NCBI GenBank assembly: GCA_021432655.1
Contig: MU271269.1
Coordinates: 58,194-78,193, forward strand
Direction of reading: 5' to 3'
Length of the DNA: 20,000 nucleotides
Source of the DNA: Atractiella rhizophila
Taxonomy: Eukaryota
In this document: positions 1 through 11,978 of the stretch, in pieces
Numbering within the stretch: the first letter of the stretch is position 1
Layout of the letters: the number at the start of each line of letters is the position of its first letter
Program-made: the position numbers and the translations under genes
Notes under the pieces: generated by a model
The model's input: only the letters and a program-made list of their open reading frames with translations
Database searches by the model: none
Told to the model about the DNA's origin: nothing

Positions 1-1017
1 CGTTGCTGATAGGAGCAGAAAAAGGGACGGCAGATGGTTTTGGAGGCGTTGGGGAGGGAGGATCAGCGGCAGCAGTCGGCACAACTGCATCACTGCAAAT
101 CAGCAGCTCTTCACTCCCTCGTCTCCCTACTCCCACACCTATCTCCATGGGAAGCAAGTCCCAATCCACCTCCATCGCATCATCATCACCTTCTTCTTTC
201 TCTCTACCACTCTCGCTTCCATACAATCCCTCAAAGCGAAAAGGGACGCGTAGGAACTCCTCAAATTGGTGTGCTTTCTTTCTCGGCGATGATGGTGCAG
301 ACCGCTGTAACCTGATCTCGTGCTGCCTCTTCTTATATTATCGCCTAGTGATATCAAAATCGTCCTGATATCCCTTCTTCGCTCTTCGTCGATACCATTT
401 TTGGTTTCGGACCCGCTCCTGGATTCGAGAGGGATGAGGTGGGCTGTACTCCTTTGCGAATAGATTTGTGAATCCTGTCTCTGCTCTGCTCTTCAGCTGC
501 TTTGATGTTGGTGGGGTTACAAGACTGCCAGGATTGGCAGGTCTCGGGTAGATGCCATCTGATTGGTGTCGCAGCGTGCGAGGATGTGAAGGTGGTGAGG
601 AGGTTGTACAAGTACTTGGATCAGATGGTGGGGATGAGAAGGGTTGGTGAGGGTGTTGTGCCGGCACATGGTCAAGAGAATCTGACCTTGTCCAATCGTA
701 GATGCGAGGTGGAGGGTAATGGTGAAAGTTGAAGTCCTGGTTTGAGAAAAACGGGTTGCCAAAGACGAAAACATGGTCGGTAGAACCTTCGGTGGAAGGG
801 AAATAGGACTTCTGGGGGGATAGAAGCTGTTCTTTTGGAGTTGTTGCTGGAGGAGAGGAATCGATTGAATCTGAATCTGATGCTTGACTGCGAAAAGCGT
901 GCTCCCGGGTATTAGCAGCTAGGTATCCAAGACGCTGCTCTAAATGATTGGGAGTTTGGTCGTGTTTCGCATTCACGACCATTCAAACCCGCCCTCGGAA
1001 GGGCAGGACGTCGCCAT
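1..1017 (-). CDS. Hypothetical Pro/Ser-rich protein, runs off the left edge; contains an in-frame TAA at 340-338
   Basis: 214-aa ORF 982-338. The same frame stays open after the stop to position 1 (YKKRQHEIRLQRSAPSSPRKKAHQFEEFLRVPF...). The ATG at 1017 can join via a phase-2 intron ending at ...GCTAAT...CGCAG (~889). No family recognised. Confidence 0.5.
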
Positions 1018-1646
1018 GACTGAGTTTCGATGGGGGTAGATCTGGAGTAGGATGAAGTTGTCGACTTGGTGGACACACACGGCAACTTGAGACGTGATTA
1101 CGGCCGATTGGGAGATAGGCGCGGGCTATGGAAACACTTCAACCACTTGCCGCTGATACTGACCAGCAAGAGCATGGAGGAACACACCTTTGTTTCAATT
1201 TCACTACAATAACACCATTCAAGGAACCGAGTTCCAGGCAGATAAGGTGGATTCTGGGACTATATCAGAGCTGTGTAATGTTCGTGTTCTTCTGGTAAGT
1301 CAGAGTAAATGGTTGATTCTGCTCGATCAGCGCTCTGCGCTCAGCCTTGAAACCTGGTTCAAAGCCAAATTCTTAAGGTTCGTTCCTGTCATGATTCGTT
1401 GTATTTACACGTACAGTTAGAACCAAGAGCATCGGAGCTAACCGGAGTGAGACCCCTTGCAAACGCTAATGTTTTGTTTTCAAGGCGGATCTGAGCCCGG
1501 ACCCGAAAACATTTGGGACAGTTGGCGTCCAATCCTTCATAAACCTCTGCCTTCCCTCTCTTGATTCCATAGAACGTGTATGTCTAAGGAATTCATCCGC
1601 TGAAATCACTTAAGCATATAAGTATAAGAACATCTGAGACTGCGAA

Positions 1647-2119
1647 ATGGCGGAACGGGACCTGAAGATCAAAACATCAGTAGTGCGCAGGCAAGTGTCT
1701 GCATTCTCCCTCCCTTGAAATATCATTGATTGAGGCATTGTTATAGGATGATCAAGGAAGTCGCGTCCTACCAAAAGGAAGCGGAAGGCGAGAAGAAAAG
1801 ATTGGAACAGTTTATTGCTGAGGGCAAGGACGAATATCAAATTAAGCAGCAGGTTAGTGTTCTGCTTAGTTTGTGGGCTATATATCCTTGATGGGAGAAA
1901 GCAGAAAAAGGTCCTACAGCAGAGCGAGGATATGATCCCAGATAGCCAGCAAAGGATGTCCAAAGCCGTCAATGAGTTACGAGACCTAGTGGCACGTTTC
2001 ATGCTTCATTAAAGGAGAGCATATATTGATCAAAAGTGCAGAGCCGGTACAAAGAGGAATTGCATGACAGTCAGGCGTACAAGGATGCTGAAGGAGCCTT
2101 GGAAGATGCTGCCGTGTAA
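1647..2119 (+). CDS. RBL2: Tubulin-binding cofactor A (TBCA/Rbl2), 104 aa, 4 exons
   Basis: Exons 1647-1690, 1747-1852, 1905-1991, 2042-2119 give MAERDLKIKTSVVRRMIKEVASYQKEAEGEKKRLEQFIAEGKDEYQIKQQKKVLQQSEDMIPDSQQRMSKAVNELRDLVSRYKEELHDSQAYKDAEGALEDAAV. LKIKTxVVxR..KE and KQQ..VL.ES..MIPD-like motifs are typical of TBCA. Confidence 0.92.
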
Positions 2120-2195
2120 CTGCAGTGTAAAGTTCGAACATTGTAGCAGAAGAGGGACGAGCTTGAGTAAACAGTAGATGTATTGCATAACTAAC

Positions 2196-2815
2196 TTAAT
2201 CAGTTTCCATCTGGATGTTCTCTTCATTCACTTCATAAGATTTCTTCGCCTCCTGTAATTGCTCCAAAGCTTCCCTTGCCATCTTCCACACATCCCTCCG
2301 AAGCCCTCGGATGTTGACACTCTCCTCTCCATCATCCTTCTCTCGAGTTGTGCCGATCGTTCTTGGAGTGATCCTTTCTTGACGAATCGTCCGAATCGAC
2401 GTTCTCAAGGACAGTTGAATTTCCTTCAAACATGGACTTGTGACAGGCTTCATGATGAGAGAAAGCTGCGTACATCGAGCAACTGAAAGTATTCGGACGT
2501 GTACTCTTTGAATCCTTTCCCCTCCTCCACCTCAGAAGGGTAATCCTCGATTGTGCTTGTTTCGCCGTGCAAGCTGGAAATGGCGAGCCCGGCCAGCCGA
2601 ATCAAGCGAGCGATTCTCTGCTTTTCTCTTTGAGGCTTGTCATACTGTCAGTGAGGACTTACTTCGTCATTTTCAACAAGTTGCTTGATACCTGTGGCGC
2701 TTACAGTTGAGCTCCACAGGTCAGAAGATGTGGGTTTTGAACTTGACGGATCGAGGAGGGCAGCGGCTGCCACTTCGCCAGAAGATGAGCTTGCAGAGAT
2801 AGAATCGACCTCCAT
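2196..2815 (-). CDS. MED11: Mediator complex subunit 11
   Basis: Exons 2815-2663, 2617-2474, 2423-2196 give ...IKQLVENDERIARLIRLAGLAISSL...FKEYTSEYFQLLDEIQLSLRTSIRTI...VWKMAREALEQL, the helical pattern of fungal Med11. A possible in-frame N-terminal extension reaches ATG 3054. Confidence 0.8.
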
Positions 2816-3282
2816 GACCTCCCATCCTGATCAAGGGAACCGCTGAGAGTTCATCTGTTCGGCCAATCAAAATCTTACCAATGTCAGCGATTGCTTCTAG
2901 TATTAGATGTTCGTCGTTAGACTGGAAAATAAATAAGTCATTGCTCCAAAACAAGGCAGGCCGTCAAAGCTGGAAGCTGGTCAAAGCATACATCCGAGCT
3001 GCATCGAAAGCTCGAGTCTTTCGCCTGTCTAACAACCGAACTTATTTCGAGCATTATGGCACGTCTTTTGAATACAATCCAACCAACGACAATTTCGAAT
3101 GGGTTAATAACTTGAATTTGTCTTAATCTCTAGCTAAAGAAGGAAGGAATAAGGTCTAGCGATTTCGTGACCACCTTCGCGTACCATAACTTCGCCCTTT
3201 GTGCCCATTGGTCTACGGACTGCGAGACGTCGCAGTGTCCATGCAGATAGAGTGTTCCACCGAACATTACTATGTCGGGTAA

Positions 3283-5340
3283 TCAACAATCTAGCAATTC
3301 ACCCCACTTGCGTTCGAGTTCCCCCCTCATTCCTTTTTCACCTTTCTTAGCCCACCTCTCAAGCATGCTCAGAACAACTTCATTTGCCCTGCCCATCTCT
3401 CCATTCTTGATATACCACTCAGCAATGTCGGCTACGAACTTTGGCTTCACATCCATAGCTCCAGCCTTTCCCCAAAGCGCATCCACGTCCTCTTTCGATT
3501 TACAAGACTGGAAAGCGTTTTCGTAGAAGGATAGAGAGGGACGTGCAATGCGCGAGATGTGTGGAAGCAGGGAGTGTAAGGGGATCGGGGAGCGGGTAAC
3601 GTAGCGGCTAAGGACGACATCATGGGGGTGTCCAAGGGAGGAATACATTGATGGAGGAGGGGTTGCGCTGGAAGCCATAGTACGATTGATCGCAGCCTAT
3701 ATCAATCCCTGAGTTCGACCATAACAAAAGAGGACGAACTATTTACCTTATAAACTTCGTCTAGATCCTCAGCTGATAAGGATGATTGTTCCTTCATGTT
3801 CAACCATGCCTCCCACAAGACAGTACTCCACCCACACTCCTTCAAGGCCACTTCTATCTCTGTTTCGGGCGACTCAGCGAGGCTAACCTTCTTTAACCAT
3901 ATTTCTTCCTGTGTGCTCACGCCTTCAGGCGGATCGATTGACATGGGAGATTGCTCCGGGCTTTTTTGAGGTCGTAAGAAAGACAAATGTTCCAGATGAA
4001 GCGATGTGAACTTCTCTGCTGGCTCCTTCGCTTCGTCGTATGCCTTCAGGATCTGGTTTGAGATCCAAAGTTTAAGAGGTTGCGATCCAGTCTCAGCCCA
4101 TCGCTCATGAAGCCAGAAGCCAAACATTTCACGTAGACAGGAAGGAGAAGCGGAAATGTGCTCTCGCAGAAAGGATACACTACTCTCCAAAGCGTCGATG
4201 TATTCTAGTCCGGTCTTCCCTTGCACTCGATCCGTCGCTAGGATGAAAGGCGTATGTACGTTATCGGTGGGAAGTATGGAGAGAAAATAGTCGACAATAG
4301 GAGTCGGGACATACAGCGATCGTAGATGGCTGAGCATGGATTTGTAATGGTTTGGATGCGATGGAAATGCTGTCCATGCTCGTTTCAGAATTCAAGCTCC
4401 TCTAAGAAAAGGGGACGGATAACAAACTTTCAACGAAGTGCCGAAGCACGGCCTTCAGTATGTGGCCATCCACGATGGCATCATGTCCCTTCATCTCAAC
4501 CGGTTGTGTTCCCTCTACTTCTTCCTCGCCTTCCAACAATCCAAATGCCGCCTTCCTTCCTTCCACCACCCTCCTAAACTGTTCTTCCACCATGACCCAT
4601 TCTCTCCAAATCTTCCCTCCTTCGTCTCCTTCATCCTTCAAAAACCTCAGTGCTCTCATACACAGCTTCCTCGCGCCATCCCAGTTCCCCCCTCCAATTT
4701 TCACGTCGACTTCCTCCAGCCTATCCCCTCTCGGCAACCTCTTCAAAACGACGGCCCCGCTGCATTCCCATCGGATAGATTCTATCCACCAGAAGGAAGA
4801 CATAGGACTGCGAAGAACGCATGAGGTGAGGAGACGGGAGATTTGTTGTGTGGAGGGTGAGGGAAGGGAGAGCAGGTATTGGATGTGCGAAGCGTGAAGT
4901 TCGTTATTGAGCGGAAAGCGATGAGCCGCCGTGTGGTACAAGCGATTTATGTAAGCTGGGAGGAAGAAGGAAGAAGCAGATTTTTTTGGGATTACGGGCA
5001 GATCTGTTTTTCTACATTAGTACTCATTCATTTTCCAAACCGAAAGGGGCAGAAGCATACCATCCTCTCTGCCTTTTCCTTTCCCACTTTTAGCCTCCCT
5101 AATATCAATTTTTCTTCTCCTCACTCGCCGCTTTCGGACCTCCTCCAATCCACTTTCAAAATCAATCATTCGGCGCCAATCCTCCCACATTCCGCCGTCA
5201 AGGTGCAGCATGAGCTTCTTGCGGCGAGCCGTTATTTGGCTGATTTCCTCGGGAGAGAAGAGCTTGAGCTTCACGAAGTCACGCAAGCAGGGAAGGTGGG
5301 ATTCCAGACGGAGCTGGACGTTTGTACTTCGAGAAGACAT
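3283..5340 (-). CDS. UTP6: U3 snoRNA-associated protein 6 (HAT-repeat SSU processome factor)
   Basis: Exons 5340-5061, 5003-4428, 4369-3747, 3696-3283 splice in frame. N-terminus VQLRLESHLPCLRDFVKLKLFSPEEISQITARR...MIDFESGLEEVRKRR, then LYHTAAHRFP and ARKLCMRALRF HAT-like segments. Confidence 0.82.
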
Positions 5341-5639
5341 GGTCGTGACGCAAAGATAAAGCTTTCAAAGAGAAGCTTTGGCTTTTATTAGCTGAGTCTC
5401 CTTGCCTCCTGGTGTTCTATTGCAAAATTTTTGGTCAGGCGTCTTCACCCCTTAGGGGTAGCACGTGACTTCTACAATTTCGCGAAGACGCGTGTACTGG
5501 CTCAGTTCTTGCTCGCATACTGTGCCTGAAAAGGGCTGGTCAAACGTTGCTTCATTTCGTCGTATACTCGTCGTACAGCATCAGACCCCTTTATATGCAA
5601 AATACATCCAACCTCTCCAACTTTCCAATCACGAGTGGT

Positions 5640-7894
5640 TCAGTAAACATAACGGACTTTGATTTGCGACGTTAGTATTAGCAAATGAAGATGGTGATTA
5701 CTCACAATCGGGGTTCTCCCTATCGGTCAAATCATCAAAAGCCATTTTGTGTCCAATTCGCTCATCCTTGTCCTCTCCACTAGTTTTCGTCAACGTCTTG
5801 GCTTGATCTCTTCTCTTCAATACGTTTCTTCGCATCAGGTAGATGCGGAGGAAGAGGATGGTAGCGCATTGGATGGCGTAGACAACGATGTGGGCGGTAA
5901 AGGCTTTCCTGTACCTATATCCACCAAGCGTCAGATCCTCCTCGGAAGAGATTTGGATCAAGGACATACCTGGGTGCATCGTTTGTCCTGAAGACTTGAG
6001 GACCGGCGGCATTGCCTCCTGCCCAGAAGATGAAGACCAAGGAGGTAGCGACGACCTGCTTTGTCCTTCCAGCAATGTTGCCGGACATCACGGCCAAGTT
6101 GAGAACTGCACCGTTCAAAATTGAGCAGCAGCTCGAGAAGAATTGGAAATACGTTACCTGCGACGGCGGCAAAGGCTTGCGTAAGGAGGAAGGAGATGTA
6201 CAATCCAACCTTCGTGCTTGGGTTTGGTGGGACACTCAGAAAGACAATCGTTCCAATGACGTTTGGGAGGGTATAGATGAAGGCCAGTAAGAGCTTTTGG
6301 TTGACGCGTTTTGCAATGTAGGCCGCTAAACAGTCACATTAGCTACTTAGAATTGATATGAACGAAATTTTACCAGAGAAGAGGAAACTCATGATTACGC
6401 TTCCTTGAGCAATGGCAAGGAGGTAACTGTTCATCTATCAGAGTAATTCTTCCCGGTCAAGAGGTACATACGTCTGGAGCACGGTGAAACCAAACTGTTT
6501 GAGAATGATGTTAGAGAAAGCTCCAAGACCGCCCGTGGGCAATGCGTTTGTGAAAGAGATCAGAGTGACAGCCCTTTGTAGGAAATAAGTGCAAGTTACC
6601 CTTCAAAGAGAGGAACTGACCAAACGACGGGGTCCATGAGCCCTTCTTTAAATTGGTACCACTTGAACTGCTTGTTCTGGATACCAGTATCGTTTGCTCG
6701 CACTCGCTCAACCATCTTCACCCTATCCTCCATCGACCAACATTTCGCGCGCATAGGAGAGTCAGGGAGCCAATAAAGGACGAAAATGCCCCATGCAACA
6801 GTGCAGCTATTAAGTTTCCATCACTATGTGGTATGTGGTGAAGTGGATGAAAGGCATACCTTCCAAGAAGCGTAAAGAGCACTTGCCAGTTCTTAATGGC
6901 GGCATGCTTAATGTGCGCGATACCATAAGCCAAAAGTCCTGAGTCAAATGTCAGCCTCGTCATACTTGCAAAGTTTGTCATGCTCACCTCCAACGCATTG
7001 TTGGAAGCCGTTCATGGCGTAGAACGAGGCAATAATCAAGCCCTGTCACCCTCTGTCAGAAAGTAAGGGATCTCCGTGCAAGTACTGCCCACCTGTTCCT
7101 CCCTCCTGTACCACATTGTCGATAAGAAGACGAAAGCTGGCTGACAGATACACTCGAAAGCGCCGAGAAGTGTTCGAACAGTGACAAGGCCAACCTAATC
7201 ATCTCGTCAAGACACACTCTTCTTCTCGTTGCAAAATTGGCGCACAAAGTTGGTACAGGCAGCCGTACAAGCAAGGACGATCCCCCATGAGATGATATTG
7301 AAGGCGAGGATCTTGCCGATGGGGAAGCGTTGGATGATACGGTTGGTTGGGAACTCGACGACCAGGCTAACCGACAAGTGTTATTGTGAGACATTGCAGA
7401 AGAATGGAGCGGACATGACGATGTATAACTGAGGTTTGGGTGACTATCAGCCAGGTTCCAAGAGTGAAGAAATGCGCGTACGCAAGTTGTAAGCCAGGCA
7501 TACTGCTGTCCATGCAACTTCGTATCTTCACGGATGCCCATGATTGAAGCGAAATTGATGGTCCCCTTGTCCAGAGTTTGGGCGAAGTATGTCACTACCA
7601 TGACCACCAAAACGCGTTTGTGGATCATCCATCGCAACCTCTTGTTCTCTGCCTCATCGATAACGATACCTGCGAGATGAGGATTCTGGGCAAAGAACTC
7701 TGCAATCTCAGCGTCGACCCCTTCGACATGTGCAGGAGGGCCTACTCGAACTATCATGCGTCAGAAATCCAAGCATGTGGGAAAGACTCACGAGCTTCAG
7801 TGTCTCCCGAGAACCCACTGGTCTTCAAGGAAAGCTCCTCCTTCTCAATATCGTCAATCTGATCGTCGCGTTTCTTTTCCAAGCTAGTCGACAT
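5640..7894 (-). CDS. MFS transporter, anion:cation symporter (Dal5/allantoate permease-like) family; 13 introns
   Basis: Manual splicing gives an intact frame with QTLDKGTINFASIMG, EFPTNRIIQRFP, MWYRREEQ, WLPDSP, ERVRANDTGIQNKQFKW, NIAGRTK, GNAAGPQVF..DAPRY and C-terminal DLTDRENPDFRYVY*. Confidence 0.92.
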
Positions 7895-8376
7895 CGTGAG
7901 AGCTAGCTATTGACGCACTACGAGGGCAGGTCCGCGCGATCTTTTCCAACGAGAGTCTTTTAAGGAAGCATCCGGACCACTGGCAAATCGTGGCCTCCGA
8001 CTCCGTAACTCAAACCCCACAATTATCGAACGGGGGAAACTGGGGAAACAGAGATGTCGCAGCTGATGTCGTGATGGAGAGAGGAGCAGACAAGACAGTC
8101 CCTGCATGAAGGCAGGACAACGGCCCGTCAGCATTTCGAATCTTCGTGCCGATCATGGCTTAACGGCCCGCAGCGGGGCACTCCATCCATCCAAAGTATC
8201 AAAACGTCAAAATCCTCGCAAGAGTGGACGAGTGAACGCACTTGAACACCAGTATAGCATAAGCAGCACAGCTACGTCGAGGATTCTGAATCTACGACAC
8301 TTACTCGCTCCATCCCACAACTCATTCCAACATCCAGCCTGCAGCACTGTTCCATCTCTATCATCTCTCACTGACT

Positions 8377-9745
8377 ATGACACTGACTCCGAGCAGAGTG
8401 CCTGGCTCGAACAAGGAGAAGGAGCGTATCATTCAGCTCATTCGAAGTGTTTACCGTCACATGATCAATATCAAGGATGAGACGGGGGAATTCCTGATGC
8501 CAATCCCTGATGGTCGGATTATTGACACGAAAGGGTGGAATGATTGGGAATGGACTCATGGTGTAGGTTAGGGCTTTTCTGAGATCCGTTTGAGGTGAAT
8601 GAAATTGTCGGGTAAAGGACTATATGGACTGTGGAAGTTCTACGAGATAACTGGCGACAAAGAAGCGATCGGTATCGCGTTAGATTGGTTCTCGACTCAG
8701 CTCGCGATTGGGACGACGAAAGCAAGTCCTCATTCTGTTGCGCAAATGTAATCTAGCTAACATGGATTGCAGAACGTCAACACGATGGCGCCGTTCCTGA
8801 CTGCAGCATACATGCATGAGCGCCGACTGGCAGATTACGAGATTCACCTTGACTCTTGGGCAGATTGGGTTATGCTTGACATGCCACGAACGCAAGAAGG
8901 AGGTTTGCAGCACATCACCTATCTCGTCGACAATCCAGAACAGTTGTGGGATGATACCCTCATGATGTCCGTTCTCCCCTTGACGAAGATCGGATTGCTA
9001 TTCGGAAGGCAAGCATACGTTGAGGAGGCGAAGAGACAGTTTATGTTACAGTACGTTGGTCTTTCGAAATCGGTATCGGTATTGACGAGTTCGCATTAAA
9101 GTATCAAGTACCTCCAAGATCGTCAGACTGGATTGTGGTTTCACGGTGAGCCGTTGTCCAGACCATGGTGGGTGACGTTGACGGAATAACAGGCTGGACG
9201 TTTGATGGTCGTAAGTCCTTTTTGCTCAACTTCAAGCTTAACCACTGTATTTAGATCACCATTTCGCCAACGCCCGTTGGGGACGCGGAAATTGTTGGGT
9301 AACGGTGGCAATTCCAGATTTCATCGAGCTGCTCTCCCTTCCTCCTACAGATGGTCTCCGTCTATTCCTCGTGTCTTCCCTCGTCTCACAAATCGACGCT
9401 TTGGTTAAGTACCAAGATCAGAAGACTGGCCTCTGGCACACAATTCTTGATGATCCCACCTCCTACCTCGAGACATCCTGTACGGCAGGATTTGCATATG
9501 GCATTCTCAAGAGTTTGAGAATGCGGCTCATTCCAAAAGAAGAACGCTACATTCAATGTGCGAAGAGGGCGATTCAAGGGGTTTTGGACAATATTAGTCA
9601 AGAAGGAGAGGTTTTGAACGTGTCGATGGGCACGCCAGTCTTTGACAACCTTGAAGGATACAAAACTATCCCACTAACGTCGATGCCATATGGTCAAAGC
9701 CTTGCTTTGCTCGCCTTAACTGAACAACTCAGGGTAGTCATGTAA
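8377..9745 (+). CDS. Glycoside hydrolase family 105/88 (unsaturated rhamnogalacturonyl/glucuronyl hydrolase, YesR/YteR-like), no signal peptide
   Basis: Six exons (8377-8566, 8618-8721, 8773-9049, ~9101-9145, 9193-9210, ~9255-9745) give WEWTHGVGLYG, TTKNVNTMAP, QLWDDTLMM, TGLWFHGWTFDG, FANARWGRGNCW, SYLETSCTAGFAYG, YGQSLA. Confidence 0.92.
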
Positions 9746-10386
9746 TAGTACCGTTCAGCATTCAAACGAAATGCAAAATGCAACTGCGTTAAGCTTGATC
9801 ATCCTCCCTAAATCCTTGTATTCCATCGTTGCTTGTGACGGTGTGGACGACTAATAAGCCCATGATGTAGTGTCAAGGAGTCGGATCGGTACGACCTGAT
9901 TGATTGAAGTGATTATTACCATGCTTTCTGCGTTGCTAGTGGAGCAGGTCTCAACAAAAGAGGATTGTAGATGGAACTGCCAGGGAACTAGCCAGGACGC
10001 ATAGCCGAAAAAAAGAAAGAACGTTACCTTACTTTCTATCCATCCGCACTTCATTTAGGGTTGTTGCAGAAATCCAAAGCCCAAAAGCAAAAGCTGTACC
10101 AACCAGTGGCCGTAGCTCACAGGTTAGAGGGATGAAGGACCGAGTAAGGCGACGGGATGGATATTGTCAATGAAATCTACGCCTTTCAGGTTTAACACGA
10201 CATTCATGACGGAGTCTCTTTTGCTGGTTAAACTCACAGTCGTGCATACTAACACAACATTATCCATGCCAAAACAAAAAAAAAACAGCCAGAAGAGGCG
10301 CTTCACGCTTCAGAAAACAAGTTCCAGCCCAACCCGGCCAAAGAACCACAAAGCTTAACGGGATCGAGTTGACAAAATGGTAGAAA

Positions 10387-10430
10387 AATCGGTGTGAGTC
10401 CTCTGTGGCACTCATGTCTGAGTATAAAAA
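10387..10430 (+). promoter_or_regulatory. Conserved upstream motif AATCGGTGTGAG plus TATA box, paralog 1
   Basis: 12-mer at 10387-10398 and TATAAAAA at 10423, mirrored in paralog 2. Confidence 0.55.
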
Positions 10431-10517
10431 GTAGCAGAAGAGTCGTTCGCATCATACCCCCTCATATCCATCAGAATTAGACACTCTTTTTCGTCAGACC
10501 ACTCTGAGATTTCCGAC

Positions 10518-10992
10518 ATGCAATGGCTCGTTTCCAAAGCACTTCCTGTATTCAGTAGAAGAGCTACCGGGGCTGCCTCTTCTGTACGGACTACTCGCAA
10601 AATATGTTGGTCAATTCGAGGTTTCCACCAAACCGTAGAGCAAAGATCAACCCGGCCACAGTCTAATGCTTCACTCGCTGGCCATCAAAGACACACATCT
10701 CCGAGAGTGGTACGTTTGCAGTGCCACGGCAATGAACTTGATTATTGATGAAAGCTGGCAAGACAATTGGTGGAGCCAGTGTTCCATATGAGGCCGTGCC
10801 TCTCATCGTCATCGTTGTCGTCGCATCTGCTTACGGTGTTTATGCAAGCATCATGCACCGTAAGCCATTTTGGAGGATTTTGAATTCTGAATAATAAGTT
10901 GAAATACGTCTATAGTAAAAAACGATCACGAACTCAGGTTAACTCATGAGAGTTACGCAAATCGGCACGACACGGTCCTTCCTCCCAAATGA
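10518..10992 (+). CDS. NDUFA4/MLRQ (B12D)-like single-TM mitochondrial protein with long presequence-like N-terminus, paralog 1
   Basis: Exons 10518-10709, 10763-10859, 10916-10992. An Arg/Ser-rich N-terminus (IRGFHQT) is followed by TIGGASVPYEAVPLIVIVVVASAYGVYASIMHLKNDHELRLTHESYANRHDTVLPPK*. The P-E-x-x-PL, TM helix, L-x-x-D-x-x-L-R pattern fits NDUFA4-like proteins. Confidence 0.72.
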
Positions 10993-11840
10993 CAAAAGCA
11001 GGGATAACGAAATAGAGAGATACTACAATTTTTCAGCCAGACCTGATGCTGGTTCTTGCCTATATTCTAGATGTCTTGTAGGTCATTGCCCATTATCTTG
11101 CAACAATCCATCACCCTTCAATAATAAAGACATGTGATAGAGACTTATCAAATAAGATCTACTCTTTCAATTGATGATGAGAGGGTACTCTTGCTGCAGT
11201 AGCTTTCGTTATTCGAACAGAAACCAAAGGGCTATGTTTGTGTGTTATGTTACCTTAGAGCAGGTTAATCTTCATCACTGTCATACTTAAGAATGCATCG
11301 TTCTCGTTAAGATAAATCAATGAGCCAGGTCTGAGCACAGATGACCACAGCACCTGACGCAGCAGTTCGCTTGGAATGAGGGCTATGCGGAACAACCTGA
11401 TCGAACTGATCGTTTACCGCAAGGCGAACGTCATGGCAAATTCAGGCACAAAAGGTTGTTTAGAATTGCACAAAGTGATAACAAAATAAATAATCATGTG
11501 ACAGACAGTTTGCAACCCTTCAGTGTCACTGTGGCTCAGTATAATAGTTAGAGAACTTCTGACATGCTCTCGTAAATGAGCTCACGACATGATGGATGTT
11601 GCCATTGAATTGTCTTTACAAATAATGACCTAGTTTTGAGGTTTAAACTGACTATCCTCATGGCGAATTCTCGAGAAGCAGTACTGTTGTGAGTATACTC
11701 CTTCAATCCACACAGAAAAGGTGGTCAGCCACTCAAAACAACCAGAGAAATGTGCGGTCCTTCCTTTAGCGAGGAAGTTCCGGCACACCCCGACGACAGG
11801 ACCAGATAGGCAGCGAGTTGGCCGTTATGGCTGACTCTCG

Positions 11841-11881
11841 AATCGGTGTGAGCCCGCTGGCCGACTCTTCCTGAATATAAA
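11841..11881 (+). promoter_or_regulatory. Conserved upstream motif AATCGGTGTGAG plus TATA box, paralog 2
   Basis: 12-mer at 11841-11852 and TATAAA at 11876; spacing matches paralog 1 within 1 nt. Confidence 0.55.
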
Positions 11882-11978
11882 GGTAGTAGGAGAACAGTTC
11901 GTTAGCTCGCATCGATTAGCAAAGAAATTAGACGCAAGCCAACATCCATTTGCATCACAGCACTCTTAGATTACCAAC

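Noticed and set aside
4326..5391. Several long plus-strand ORFs
   Set aside because: Antisense shadows of UTP6.
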